A DNA stretch of 50,057 nt, from IMG/VR virus record IMGVR_UViG_3300046411_000702, positions 1-50,057 of that record; one strand, given 5' to 3'. Each line of letters opens with the position of its first letter. The stretch's first letter is position 1. Positions 1 to 8,739 of the stretch are shown here, piece by piece. Source of the DNA: a virus. Lineage: Duplodnaviria > Caudoviricetes. Both the position numbers and the translations under genes were made by a program. The notes under the pieces are model-generated. The model was not told the DNA's origin, did not search any database, and worked only from the letters and a program-made list of their open reading frames with translations.

Positions 1-29
1 AATTACTTCAATTAGTAATACATCAAGAA
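1..29. repeat. Terminal direct repeat, left copy (circular assembly overlap)
   Basis: aattacttcaattagtaatacatcaagaa is identical at 1-29 and 50029-50057; an ORF reads through the join. Confidence 0.95.
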
Positions 30-1261
30 ATCAAATTATGAAGATTATTAAAAAAGGGGCAGAGGAAGGTGATAATGCTAGAAAAATAGCTAGAGATGTA
101 CAATTATTTAGCAACAGTCCTATATCACGACAAAGAGCTAATATGATTGCAAGAACTGAAACGCATCAAGCTAGTGTATACGCAAACCATCAAGTTTCAA
201 TTGATCAAGAAGTTCCTGAGATGCAAAAACGTTGGATATCAACGAACGATGATAGAACAAGATCACATCATAGACAGTTGAACGGAAAGACTGTGAATAT
301 GAGTGAAGATTTTATTTTTAATGTTGGTTTAGCAGAGTATCGTATGTCACACCCTGCTGACCCAAGGGGTGGGGCAATCAACAATATAAATTGTAGATGT
401 GTTCTTGCTTACGTTGTTCCTGAAGATAGTATAGTTGAGCCAAATTATAGTCAGCCCAAACCTGTAATAGTTCCCCCTGCAAAAGTTAGTGAGGTTGATA
501 TTACAGACGTAGTCAAAGTAAAATTCAGAGGCAAGGACTTATCAAATGAATATAATGATTACTTCAAAGCAGGTCTAACACCATTACAAGCCATAGTTGT
601 AAGTAAACTTAGGAAACCAAACGCTATAGCAATAAAAGGTAAAGAGGGGTTTCATTCAACCTTAATAGGTCAAACAAGTGTAAACAGTACAATATTTGCA
701 AGAATAGACGAAGTGGGTAATAAGGTATTACACCATGAATATGGTCATCATATTGATTTTGTTTCTTCAACGAGTGGAAAAGAATACTGGTCATCAACTA
801 GTAATAAGTTTCGTAGTGCTTTTGAACAAGATAAGAAATTAAATAAGTTTGACATTGACCCCAATACAAGACGATTTATTCAAGGTGATGATAATGTTAA
901 GAATAAGCTTATAGAAATAAAAGAAAAAATATTTGATGAGGTTGAATATAAAGAACAAATAAAAAGAGGATATTTCAAAGGAAGTCAAAGGCTCAGAAAA
1001 AAATTAAAAGCTAAGATAAAAGGGGCTGAAGGAATATCTGATATTTATGATGCAATGACTAAAGGAGAGATGTATGCTCTTGGTTCTTGGGGGCATGGTA
1101 AATCTTACTATAGAAAAGAAAGAAACATGGATTTAAATGAAGTGTTTGCTAATATGTTTGAAGTCTACAATGAAAAACAAGGTTGGGAATATATATCAAA
1201 GAACTTTCCTAACACAGCTAGAGTCTTTGAAGAAAGGTTAAAAGAACTTGCTAATCTCTAA
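2..1261 (+). CDS. MuF/SPP1 gp7-like minor head protein, C-terminal part, with HExxH metallopeptidase extension
   Basis: RANMIARTE, KRWIST-D-RTR-H and INCRC are MuF motifs; later HHEYGHH and LNEVFANMFE. The frame is open from base 2 and continues from ATG 49673 (about 538 aa in total). Confidence 0.85.
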   Translation: MTSISNTSRNQIMKIIKKGAEEGDNARKIARDVQLFSNSPISRQRANMIARTETHQASVYANHQVSIDQEVPEMQKRWISTNDDRTRSHHRQLNGKTVNMSEDFIFNVGLAEYRMSHPADPRGGAINNINCRCVLAYVVPEDSIVEPNYSQPKPVIVPPAKVSEVDITDVVKVKFRGKDLSNEYNDYFKAGLTPLQAIVVSKLRKPNAIAIKGKEGFHSTLIGQTSVNSTIFARIDEVGNKVLHHEYGHHIDFVSSTSGKEYWSSTSNKFRSAFEQDKKLNKFDIDPNTRRFIQGDDNVKNKLIEIKEKIFDEVEYKEQIKRGYFKGSQRLRKKLKAKIKGAEGISDIYDAMTKGEMYALGSWGHGKSYYRKERNMDLNEVFANMFEVYNEKQGWEYISKNFPNTARVFEERLKELANL

Positions 1262-1448
1262 ACGAAAAGAAAGATTTGATAAATGTGAAACACTTGATGA
1301 TTATACCAAGCTTTATATAGATATATTTAAAGAAGAACCAGCAGTTAATGCCTCTAACTGGGGATTCCCACCTATTGATGATATTATTGATTCAATTATT
1401 ACTGGTAAAAAAATTAAGAAAGAACGTAAAAGAAAAGTAAGGTTATAG
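1248..1448 (+). CDS. Small protein, candidate immunity protein for the MuF extension
   Basis: 66 aa, TTG start overlapping the MuF 3' end; function inferred from position only. Confidence 0.5.
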   Translation: MLISKRKERFDKCETLDDYTKLYIDIFKEEPAVNASNWGFPPIDDIIDSIITGKKIKKERKRKVRL

Positions 1449-1467
1449 ACCCACACGATGGTGGGTC
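1448..1467. terminator. Hairpin between convergent transcription units
   Basis: GACCCAC-acgatg-GTGGGTC between the + stop at 1448 and the - stop at 1474. Confidence 0.6.
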
Positions 1468-1473
1468 ATATAA

Positions 1474-1617
1474 TTAGCCACTAAAATTTTGATAGTAGCA
1501 TTGATCATTGAGCAAGCATAATCCCCATATAGAATAATAAAGAATATACATAGTGATTATTGAGGATAAAATATATCCTAATAATTTGAGATAGCCTTTT
1601 ATGTAAGATGGTATCAT
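1474..1617 (-). CDS. 47-aa membrane protein (not in ORF track)
   Basis: MIPSYIKGYLKLLGYILSSIITMYILYYSIWGLCLLNDQCYYQNFSG; ATGA overlap with the upstream gene; one hydrophobic segment. Confidence 0.6.
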   Translation of the reverse strand: MIPSYIKGYLKLLGYILSSIITMYILYYSIWGLCLLNDQCYYQNFSG

Positions 1618-1838
1618 TTTGGAAACCTTTCATTTATTTCAATTAAAAGTGATCTTCTGGCATTATTACATATCTTAAGTAATTGAAAGGGATTCGTTCT
1701 AGGGGTACAATCAGAGTTTTCAATCCTTTTGAACTCTTTTAAATACCATGGAAGAATATTATAATGCCTCGCTAATGCTACATTGTCCTTAAGAAGTTTA
1801 GTAGCTTGATGTGATACTGAACTATCCATCATAACCAT
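1614..1838 (-). CDS. Hypothetical early protein
   Basis: ORF track; overlaps its neighbours in an operon arrangement. Confidence 0.55.
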   Translation of the reverse strand: MVMMDSSVSHQATKLLKDNVALARHYNILPWYLKEFKRIENSDCTPRTNPFQLLKICNNARRSLLIEINERFPK

Positions 1839-2013
1839 TCATCTTCAAGGCTCTTTTAATTACCCTTGACCTTTCTTTCCATTTAAGATCAGCAATTACA
1901 TTAAGAACTTTTATCGCATAAGTTCTTTCTTGCTCAACAGTGAATGTTTTGACTCTTGGCTTTTTTAAACCTAGCTTTTTCAAAGTTTCTGAGTCTAGCT
2001 CATTTATATTCAT
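1822..2013 (-). CDS. Small basic hypothetical protein
   Basis: GGAGG SD precedes ATG 2013, so the start is moved from 2025. Confidence 0.65.
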   Translation of the reverse strand: MNINELDSETLKKLGLKKPRVKTFTVEQERTYAIKVLNVIADLKWKERSRVIKRALKMNGYDG

Positions 2014-2028
2014 ATTTACCTCCATATG

Positions 2029-2048
2029 AAAAAGGGGGCTATGCCCCC
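2029..2048 (-). terminator. Intrinsic terminator within the leftward island
   Basis: Minus strand GGGGGC-ata-GCCCCC followed by TTTTT. Confidence 0.7.
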
Positions 2049-2054
2049 CCTAAA

Positions 2055-2336
2055 TTATATTGAAACACCATTTGCTTTTAAAACTGACAAAAGATGATTT
2101 TTTTCAAAAACGTTAAAAGAATTAGGCACTTTCTTTTTGATAACTTTACCATTCTTAATTTCATTTTTATCAACCATTTTGAAAAGCTTTGCACAAGACT
2201 TCGCACCTTTTAATTCTTTTCCTGTCAATTTAAAATGATTTATGGCTTGGATAAAGGTACAGAACTCTGTACCCAAACCATTTAATTTATCAATATTTGA
2301 ACCTTGATATTCAACACCAGTTACAAAATTTATCAT
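2055..2336 (-). CDS. Stand-alone ArdC N-terminal-like ssDNA-binding domain
   Basis: N-x2-TG-x2-Y-x-G-x-N, TF-x-QA, LKG-x-K and F-x-VF match the ArdcN pattern; GGAGG SD before ATG 2336. Confidence 0.6.
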   Translation of the reverse strand: MINFVTGVEYQGSNIDKLNGLGTEFCTFIQAINHFKLTGKELKGAKSCAKLFKMVDKNEIKNGKVIKKKVPNSFNVFEKNHLLSVLKANGVSI

Positions 2337-2337
2337 T

Positions 2338-2664
2338 TTAAGCCTCCTTTCCAAAATGTGGGTCATAACCTAGACCAGTAAAACCCATAGGCGATACTAA
2401 ATGACAACGTTGATTATCAGGGTCAACTATAATATCACCACAAGAAATAGAATAAAACTTACCAACCTTTTCAATTTGATCAGGCTCAGTATTACCTATT
2501 CTAAAAACTTCATTTAAATCTTCAGCAGTGATGAAACCTGTAACTTTGTAGTCGCCATCAATATTAGCTCTGAAGCAAGTATTAATATCTGCTCTACCAA
2601 TTTTAAAAGCTTTCTCATCGTTGATTTGATAATGATTAGGTTGTTTAATTATGTATTTTTTCAT
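2338..2664 (-). CDS. YodL-like domain protein
   Basis: LNEVFRIGN ... YSISCGDIIV ... LVSPMGF resembles the YodL pattern; AAGGAG SD. Confidence 0.6.
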   Translation of the reverse strand: MKKYIIKQPNHYQINDEKAFKIGRADINTCFRANIDGDYKVTGFITAEDLNEVFRIGNTEPDQIEKVGKFYSISCGDIIVDPDNQRCHLVSPMGFTGLGYDPHFGKEA

Positions 2665-2681
2665 TTATTTACTCCTTAAAA

Positions 2682-2730
2682 AATATATTTACACTTTCAG
2701 CATATATCATTGAAGCAAGGAAGTAAACCC
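2682..2730 (-). promoter_or_regulatory. Early sigma70-type promoter P1 with +1 box
   Basis: GGG-TTTACT-17 nt-TATGCT-5 nt-TGTAAATATATT, A-tracts upstream, SD downstream. Confidence 0.8.
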
Positions 2731-2849
2731 TAAAAAAGCGTTTTATTATAAAAAAAGTCTTTTTTTTTAATTTTTTTTATGTTCTAAGTATACATACACG
2801 TGTAAAAATGATGTAAATAGTTGAATTATACTTATTTATAGGATAAGAT

Positions 2850-3866
2850 ATGCCCATACCCAAAGTAAACAGGGGTGAAAAAGAAAAGGACTATATGTCC
2901 AGATGTATGTCTGACACCACTATGGTTTCAGAATATGATACAGACCAGAGGGTCGCTATTTGCTTAACACAGTTTAGAAACAAGAAGGAGCATAGCGTGA
3001 GCCTAAAATCAGAAATAAGAAAAGATGTATTCACAAGTGACTCTGAAGCCCAAGCAAGGGCTGATGAAATAGGTTGTACAGGAACGCATACGCATGATGC
3101 AGACGGCACTACTGTTTATATGCCTTGTGCAAGTCATGCAGATTATAGAAGATTAACAGGACAAGACCTAAAGGAAATCAATGATGAACTTGAGGCACAA
3201 TCTGATATAAATGAAAATGAAGGCACGCTAAATTGTGAAGCTGAATTAAAAGCATATGAAGATGACGATACTGAAAAAGGCGAGTTTACTGGATATGCTT
3301 CAATATTTGGTAATGTAGATTTAGGCAACGATGTAGTTGAACGTGGTGCATTTACTAAATCGCTTAGAAGAAAAGGATATAGAAAAGTTAAAATGCTTTA
3401 TCAGCATGACACCAAGCAACCCATAGGTGTTTTTGACATGATTAAAGAAGATGAAAATGGCTTGTTTGTAAAAGGCAGGTTAGCTATGCAGACTCAAAAA
3501 GGTAAAGAAGTATTTGAGTTAATGAAGATGGGTGCCATTGACGGATTATCAGTAGGTTATAGAGTTGATCAAAAGGGATACTCTTATGATGACAAAAAAG
3601 GCAAAAGAAGATTAAAAGAAGTAGATTTAATGGAGATTAGTGCTGTTACTTTTCCTATGAACCCCAAAGCTATGATTCAAGGGGTGAAAAGTGATAGTTC
3701 TATAAGAGAATGGGAAACACACATGCGAGAGGTTTGTGGTTTATCTCGTTCAGAAGCGAAGATGACTGCAAAAGCAGTTGTAAATGTCTTGAGTCAACGA
3801 GATGTTGATGATAGCGAGGCAGTTGTAACTGCAATAACAAACTTAACTCAACTTTTAAAGAGGTAA
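2850..3866 (+). CDS. HK97-family prohead protease with N-terminal extension
   Basis: FTGYASIFGNVD, MLYQHD, GLSVGY, EISAVTFPMN; precedes the capsid gene. Confidence 0.93.
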   Translation: MPIPKVNRGEKEKDYMSRCMSDTTMVSEYDTDQRVAICLTQFRNKKEHSVSLKSEIRKDVFTSDSEAQARADEIGCTGTHTHDADGTTVYMPCASHADYRRLTGQDLKEINDELEAQSDINENEGTLNCEAELKAYEDDDTEKGEFTGYASIFGNVDLGNDVVERGAFTKSLRRKGYRKVKMLYQHDTKQPIGVFDMIKEDENGLFVKGRLAMQTQKGKEVFELMKMGAIDGLSVGYRVDQKGYSYDDKKGKRRLKEVDLMEISAVTFPMNPKAMIQGVKSDSSIREWETHMREVCGLSRSEAKMTAKAVVNVLSQRDVDDSEAVVTAITNLTQLLKR

Positions 3867-3868
3867 CT

Positions 3869-5089
3869 ATGGAAAGCACGGAAGTGAAGTCTGCAGTAGA
3901 GGGATTGGGAAAAGCTTTTGAAGAATTTAAAGCTACAAACGATGCTAAACTAGCAGAACTAGAAAAAAAAGGTAGTGTTGACCCTGTAACAGAGGAAAAA
4001 CTATCTAAGATTGAAACTGAGCTTGATAGGTTAGAAGATATTAACCAACAACTCGTTCAACAAAAGAAAAGCCAAGAAACATTTGGAGAGAAGATTGAAA
4101 GATTAGAAAAAATCTCAAGTCGCCCATCTGTTGATGGTTCATCAGACCAAGTATCAGAGCAAAAGTCTGCATTCAATTCTTTTTTGAGAAAAGGAAAAGA
4201 GCAGATGGACGATATGGAAGTAAAAGCTTTATCAGTAGCTGATAATACTCAAGGTGGTTTTTTAGCCCCTGTTGAGTATGTCAACGAGCTTATAAAGACA
4301 GTTACTGAAATATCTCCTTTGAGAACAATAGCTAGAGTAAGGCAAACTACTTTGAAGTCAATTCAAATGCCTAGCAGAACAGCTACATTCTCAGCTCAAT
4401 GGGTATCAGCGACTGGCACAAGGTCAGAAACTACTGGTTACACAACTCAAATGGAAGAAATTCCAACTCATGAATATTATGCACAAGTTGATATAAATGA
4501 GCAATTACTTGAGGATAGTGTTTTCAATTTAGAAGCAGAGATGAATGAAGAATTTTCAACTCAGTTTGCTAAAGCAGAGGGAACAGCTTTTATTTCAGGT
4601 ACAAGCGTTGGTCAGCCAGAGGGTATCTTAACTAATGGTGATATTGGCACAACAAACTCAGGTTCAGGCACAGCATTAACTGCTGACGGATTATTAACAT
4701 TAATTCATAGCTTAAAAACTGAGTATGGCAGAAACGGAACTTTTATTTTCAATAGAACTACTTTAGGTGCTATTAGAAAACTTAAGGACTCTGCAGGTCA
4801 ATATGTGTTTCAAGCAGGAATGATGCTTACAAGTGGTGTTCCAAACACTATCTTGGGCTATCCTTACATTGAAATGCCAGATATGCCAGACGTTGCAGGA
4901 TCAGCAAAACCAGTTGCCTTTGGAGACTTTTCAAGAGGTTACATGGTTGTTGATAGAGTAGCTTTAAGTATATTAAGAGACCCTTTCACCCAAGCCACTT
5001 CAGGTAATGTAAGATATATTGCTAGAAGAAGGACTGGTGGTCAGGTAATCTTAGCTGAAGCTATCGTAACTCAAACAGTATCAGCTTAA
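3869..5089 (+). CDS. HK97-fold major capsid protein
   Basis: Coiled-coil delta domain, GGFLAP, KLKDSAGQY, ILGYP, FGDF, RDPF. Confidence 0.95.
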   Translation: MESTEVKSAVEGLGKAFEEFKATNDAKLAELEKKGSVDPVTEEKLSKIETELDRLEDINQQLVQQKKSQETFGEKIERLEKISSRPSVDGSSDQVSEQKSAFNSFLRKGKEQMDDMEVKALSVADNTQGGFLAPVEYVNELIKTVTEISPLRTIARVRQTTLKSIQMPSRTATFSAQWVSATGTRSETTGYTTQMEEIPTHEYYAQVDINEQLLEDSVFNLEAEMNEEFSTQFAKAEGTAFISGTSVGQPEGILTNGDIGTTNSGSGTALTADGLLTLIHSLKTEYGRNGTFIFNRTTLGAIRKLKDSAGQYVFQAGMMLTSGVPNTILGYPYIEMPDMPDVAGSAKPVAFGDFSRGYMVVDRVALSILRDPFTQATSGNVRYIARRRTGGQVILAEAIVTQTVSA

Positions 5090-5101
5090 GAGGAGATTGC
5101 T

Positions 5102-5566
5102 ATGAAAGATATGAGTAACACTATCGCAACTGCAGTTTCTATAAAGAACGCAGTCAAAACGTCAGCAGAAAATGGTACAGGGGTTGACCTTCAAGGTTAC
5201 GAAAGTGCCACAATAATCGCAGACGTTGGAGCAGAAGGGGATACACTTTCTTCATCTGTACACTTTGAATTATCACTTGAGCATTCTGATGACAACAGTT
5301 CGTTTTCAGATGTGGCTCAAGCAGATATTACTGATGGAACTATTTCATCTGGTGGTATTTGGTTGAAGCTTGATGGTACTGCAGGAGGTAATCCTGATAC
5401 CGCAGGTGAGATATTCAGAGTTGGATATGTAGGTGGAAAAAGATATGTTAGAGCAGTGCTTGCAAAAACAGGCTCACACTCTAATGGTACACCTATAGGA
5501 GTAATGGTTGTCAAAGGAAATGCTAGACATTCTGCTGATAACGCATTTACTGCTCACGCATCTTAA
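5102..5566 (+). CDS. Probable head decoration protein
   Basis: NGTGVDLQGY, HSDD, GYVGGKRYVR; directly after the capsid gene and before a terminator. Confidence 0.65.
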   Translation: MKDMSNTIATAVSIKNAVKTSAENGTGVDLQGYESATIIADVGAEGDTLSSSVHFELSLEHSDDNSSFSDVAQADITDGTISSGGIWLKLDGTAGGNPDTAGEIFRVGYVGGKRYVRAVLAKTGSHSNGTPIGVMVVKGNARHSADNAFTAHAS

Positions 5567-5570
5567 TGAT

Positions 5571-5595
5571 AAGGGGGTTAACACCCCCTTTTTTT
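5571..5595 (+). terminator. Intrinsic terminator after capsid/decoration genes
   Basis: AAGGGGGT-taac-ACCCCCTT followed by TTTTT. Confidence 0.85.
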
Positions 5596-5608
5596 AAATG
5601 AGGTTTTA

Positions 5609-5917
5609 ATGACTATAAAAATGTTACATGACGCAAAAGGAGCAACAGACGCTTCAGGTGCACATGTCAGACTTTATAAAGCAGGTGAAGAACTGCCAGA
5701 TAATGCTTTTGGTAAATCACTTGGGCAATCTTTTATAAACGCAGGTCTTGCGGAAGAAGTTAAAGTTGTTTCAGTTATGGAAACTAAAGATACAAACGTA
5801 ACTAAAACTACGCTGACTGGTAAAAGAGCTAGAAATAAAAAAGGTCAATTAGTTGCTGATGACCCTAATACCCAAGATTACAATGAAGCTTGGGAGGGTG
5901 GTGTAGCACCAAAATGA
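5609..5917 (+). CDS. Hypothetical head-region protein
   Basis: GAGG SD; C-terminal RAR-x2-GQ-x2-DDP-x-T-x3-NEAW motif. Confidence 0.7.
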   Translation: MTIKMLHDAKGATDASGAHVRLYKAGEELPDNAFGKSLGQSFINAGLAEEVKVVSVMETKDTNVTKTTLTGKRARNKKGQLVADDPNTQDYNEAWEGGVAPK

Positions 5918-6267
5918 CAGCAGGACGTTATCATGTTAAAATTGAAAAAGGTGCAGACTTGCTTTTAACTATAGACGTAAAAGATAGTACATCTTCAGCA
6001 GTAAATTTTAGTGGGTATCCAACTGTAAGATCAAAGTTTAAAAATACTGTAAACGACACATCATCAGTTCTTGAGGCAAATAATGCTAATAGCAGACTTA
6101 CTTTTAGTAGCACAACTGGTCGCATAGATTTTAATGTTCCTGCAAGTGTTACTGGTGGATTAAGTGAGGGCGAGGGTGTATATGATATTGAGGTTGTTTC
6201 AAACTCAGGTCAGGTTTATAGAATTTTAGAGGGAACATACGAAATTAGCCCAGAGGTTACGGATTAA
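5914..6267 (+). CDS. Beta-rich virion protein (BppU N-terminal-like adaptor?)
   Basis: GVYDIEV...VYRILEG..EISPEVT; ATGA overlap sets the start at 5914. Confidence 0.6.
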   Translation: MTAGRYHVKIEKGADLLLTIDVKDSTSSAVNFSGYPTVRSKFKNTVNDTSSVLEANNANSRLTFSSTTGRIDFNVPASVTGGLSEGEGVYDIEVVSNSGQVYRILEGTYEISPEVTD

Positions 6268-6488
6268 TGAGTACAGATATAAGCGTCATACAAATAACAC
6301 CTAATAGCTTAACAGCTACTACAGTTGGTGTTCAAGGACCAGAGGGACCAAATGCTATTCTTGGTAAAAATATAGCAAGTGGTAGTGTTAGCAACGATGG
6401 TTCAATTTTATTATATTCAGGAAGTCTTGATAAATGGGAAGCTACATTGCAACCTAGAAACCTTACGATTGATTGTGGGAATTTCTAA
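6267..6488 (+). CDS. Small fibre-associated protein
   Basis: GVQGPEGP collagen-like stub; ends IDCGNF, similar to IDGGTF of the 6761 ORF. Confidence 0.6.
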   Translation: MSTDISVIQITPNSLTATTVGVQGPEGPNAILGKNIASGSVSNDGSILLYSGSLDKWEATLQPRNLTIDCGNF

Positions 6489-6757
6489 TGGGAGTTACAC
6501 ATTTAAAACAAAACGAAGAAAATTTACTAATTGATGGAAATATGGATAGAAAAGTGATATTAAATCAGTTAGTTAAACAATATGAGTTTAAGGATAAAAA
6601 AAAGAATCAAGAATATGTATATGAGGTTTTTTATTTAGTCAATACGACTTTACCCAGAGTTGGTACAATTTTAACAGAAGATGAGGTCTTGGAAACCTTA
6701 GTGAAAAATAAAATCCAATATGAAATTAAATCAAATAAAGCAACAGTGGTGAGGTAA
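6488..6757 (+). CDS. Hypothetical protein
   Basis: TAATG coupling gives ATG 6488. Confidence 0.55.
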   Translation: MGVTHLKQNEENLLIDGNMDRKVILNQLVKQYEFKDKKKNQEYVYEVFYLVNTTLPRVGTILTEDEVLETLVKNKIQYEIKSNKATVVR

Positions 6758-6760
6758 AAA

Positions 6761-8191
6761 ATGTCAAATACCATTCAAATAAAAAGGTCAACTGGCACCA
6801 ACACTCCTAGCAGTTTATCAGCAGGAGAGTTAGGGTATTCTGAAGCTTCAGACAAACTATTCATAGGATTAGCAGGTGGTTCTGTTCAACCCATAGCAGG
6901 TCAAGGGGCTTTTCTAAGATCAGATACAAATGATACCTTTTCTGGTAACTTAATTGTAACAGGAAACTTAACTGTAAATGGTTCTACAACAACAGTTTCT
7001 TCAAATACAGTAAGCGTTGGCGATAATATCATAGTTTTAAATTCAGATGAAACTGGTACACCATCACAGAATGCAGGAATAGAAGTTGAAAGAGGAACAG
7101 CAGATAATGCTATATTTCAATTTAACGAGAGTGATGACGGATTTGAAGCCCTTATAGGCTCTGCATCAGCACCTTTAAAAGCTTCTAACCTTACTCTTAC
7201 AGGGAATGCTACTGTAACAGGCACAACTGATTTAAATGGTAACACTACTATTGACGCAGGAAGCATATCATTAGACGCAACCACATCATTGAATATAGAT
7301 AATTCCAACACCTCCAATGGAATTACTATAGGTACTGCAACATCAGGAGTGCCAATATCTATTGGACATTCAACTTCAGAAACCACTATTAATGATAATG
7401 CCACAGTAACTGGCAATCTTGGTGTTACAGGCTCTATTACTGGTTCATCTACAGTTCAAGGTACGACGATAACAGCAACAACTGCTTTCGTTCCAGATGC
7501 TAACGATGGTGCGGTGCTAGGTACTTCAAGTCTTGGTTTCAGCGATGCTTTCTTTGCAGATGGGGCAATAATCAAGTTTGGTAATGACCAAGACGTATTA
7601 TTAACCCATGTACACAATACTGGATTGTTATTAGGCACTAATAGACAACTTCAATTCAGAGATAGTGCTTTAAAAATATTATCAAGTGCTGATGGTCAGT
7701 TAGATATAGACGCTGACGCAGAAGTTGAAATAACTACACCTCTAGTAGAAATATCAGCAGACGCAACAGTAGGAGATGATTTAACATTAAAATCAGACGC
7801 TTCTGTTCTTGGTTTTGGAGCTGATACTGAAGTAACACTTACTCATGTTCATAATACTGGATTAATACTTAACTCTACAAATCAATTACAGTTTGGTGAT
7901 AGTGCTACATATATTCATCAATCAGCAGATGGTGTTCTTGATTTAGTATCTGATAGTGAAATAGAGATAAATGCTACTACAGTAGATATAAATGGTAACG
8001 CAGATGTATCAGGAACATTTACAGTAGCAGGTGCTTTTACTTCGCTTGGAATTGATGACAACTGTACTGCTGAAAGATTGCAATTAGCTGATTCAACTAT
8101 TGAGATTATGGCATCAGGTGTTACACTATCAGGATATGCAAGTGGTACATCTACATTAGATAAATTTGTTATTGATGGTGGAACATTCTAA
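6761..8191 (+). CDS. Fibre protein with internal 79-aa tandem repeat
   Basis: IQIKRS..P..L..GELG N-terminus; two THVHNTGL..QLQF..SADG repeats 237 nt apart; G/S/T-rich. Confidence 0.75.
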   Translation: MSNTIQIKRSTGTNTPSSLSAGELGYSEASDKLFIGLAGGSVQPIAGQGAFLRSDTNDTFSGNLIVTGNLTVNGSTTTVSSNTVSVGDNIIVLNSDETGTPSQNAGIEVERGTADNAIFQFNESDDGFEALIGSASAPLKASNLTLTGNATVTGTTDLNGNTTIDAGSISLDATTSLNIDNSNTSNGITIGTATSGVPISIGHSTSETTINDNATVTGNLGVTGSITGSSTVQGTTITATTAFVPDANDGAVLGTSSLGFSDAFFADGAIIKFGNDQDVLLTHVHNTGLLLGTNRQLQFRDSALKILSSADGQLDIDADAEVEITTPLVEISADATVGDDLTLKSDASVLGFGADTEVTLTHVHNTGLILNSTNQLQFGDSATYIHQSADGVLDLVSDSEIEINATTVDINGNADVSGTFTVAGAFTSLGIDDNCTAERLQLADSTIEIMASGVTLSGYASGTSTLDKFVIDGGTF

Positions 8192-8403
8192 TGGCTAATA
8201 CTCTTAAAATAAAAAGATCATCTAATGCAGGTTCAGCACCTTCAGCAAGTGATTTAGCCCACGGAGAAATAGCAGTCAATGTTGCTGATGGTAAATTATT
8301 TTTAAAAAAAAGCGATAATTCAATAGTTACAATTAACAACGATACAAACAATCCACCAGCAACGACAGGAACAGTAATAGCTTTAGCAATCGCATTGGGG
8401 TAG
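8191..8403 (+). CDS. Short paralogue of the 6761 N-terminal domain
   Basis: LKIKRSS..PSA.DL.HGEIA; ends IALAIALG. Confidence 0.7.
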   Translation: MANTLKIKRSSNAGSAPSASDLAHGEIAVNVADGKLFLKKSDNSIVTINNDTNNPPATTGTVIALAIALG

Positions 8404-8406
8404 CAA

Positions 8407-8739
8407 ATGGCAGAAACTTTTAAGACCAAGACCAAAGCAGGGGTTACGACAGAAGCAACTGTTTATACTTGCCCTAGTAGTACATCAACAATTATGATTG
8501 GTGGGACGATAGCAAATAAAACCACGTCAGGGATAACTTGCTCAGTTATATTACAATCAGATACAAGCGATACTGAAACAAATGCTAATGTTTCTATTGC
8601 TCATAACACACCTATTCCTGCAGGTTCATCAATAAAACCTTTTGCAGATAATAAACAAGTATTACAAGCAACTGATGTATTAAGAGTATCAGCATCAGGA
8701 AGTGCAGATGTTTCTTTTAGTATATTGGAGATAACATAA
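8407..8739 (+). CDS. Beta-sandwich virion protein
   Basis: VYTCPS, IAN, KQVLQATD, SILEIT; located within the fibre array. Confidence 0.65.
   Translation: MAETFKTKTKAGVTTEATVYTCPSSTSTIMIGGTIANKTTSGITCSVILQSDTSDTETNANVSIAHNTPIPAGSSIKPFADNKQVLQATDVLRVSASGSADVSFSILEIT

Noticed and set aside
1-29. Biological terminal repeat or att site
   Set aside because: It lies mid-gene and is best explained as an assembler overlap.
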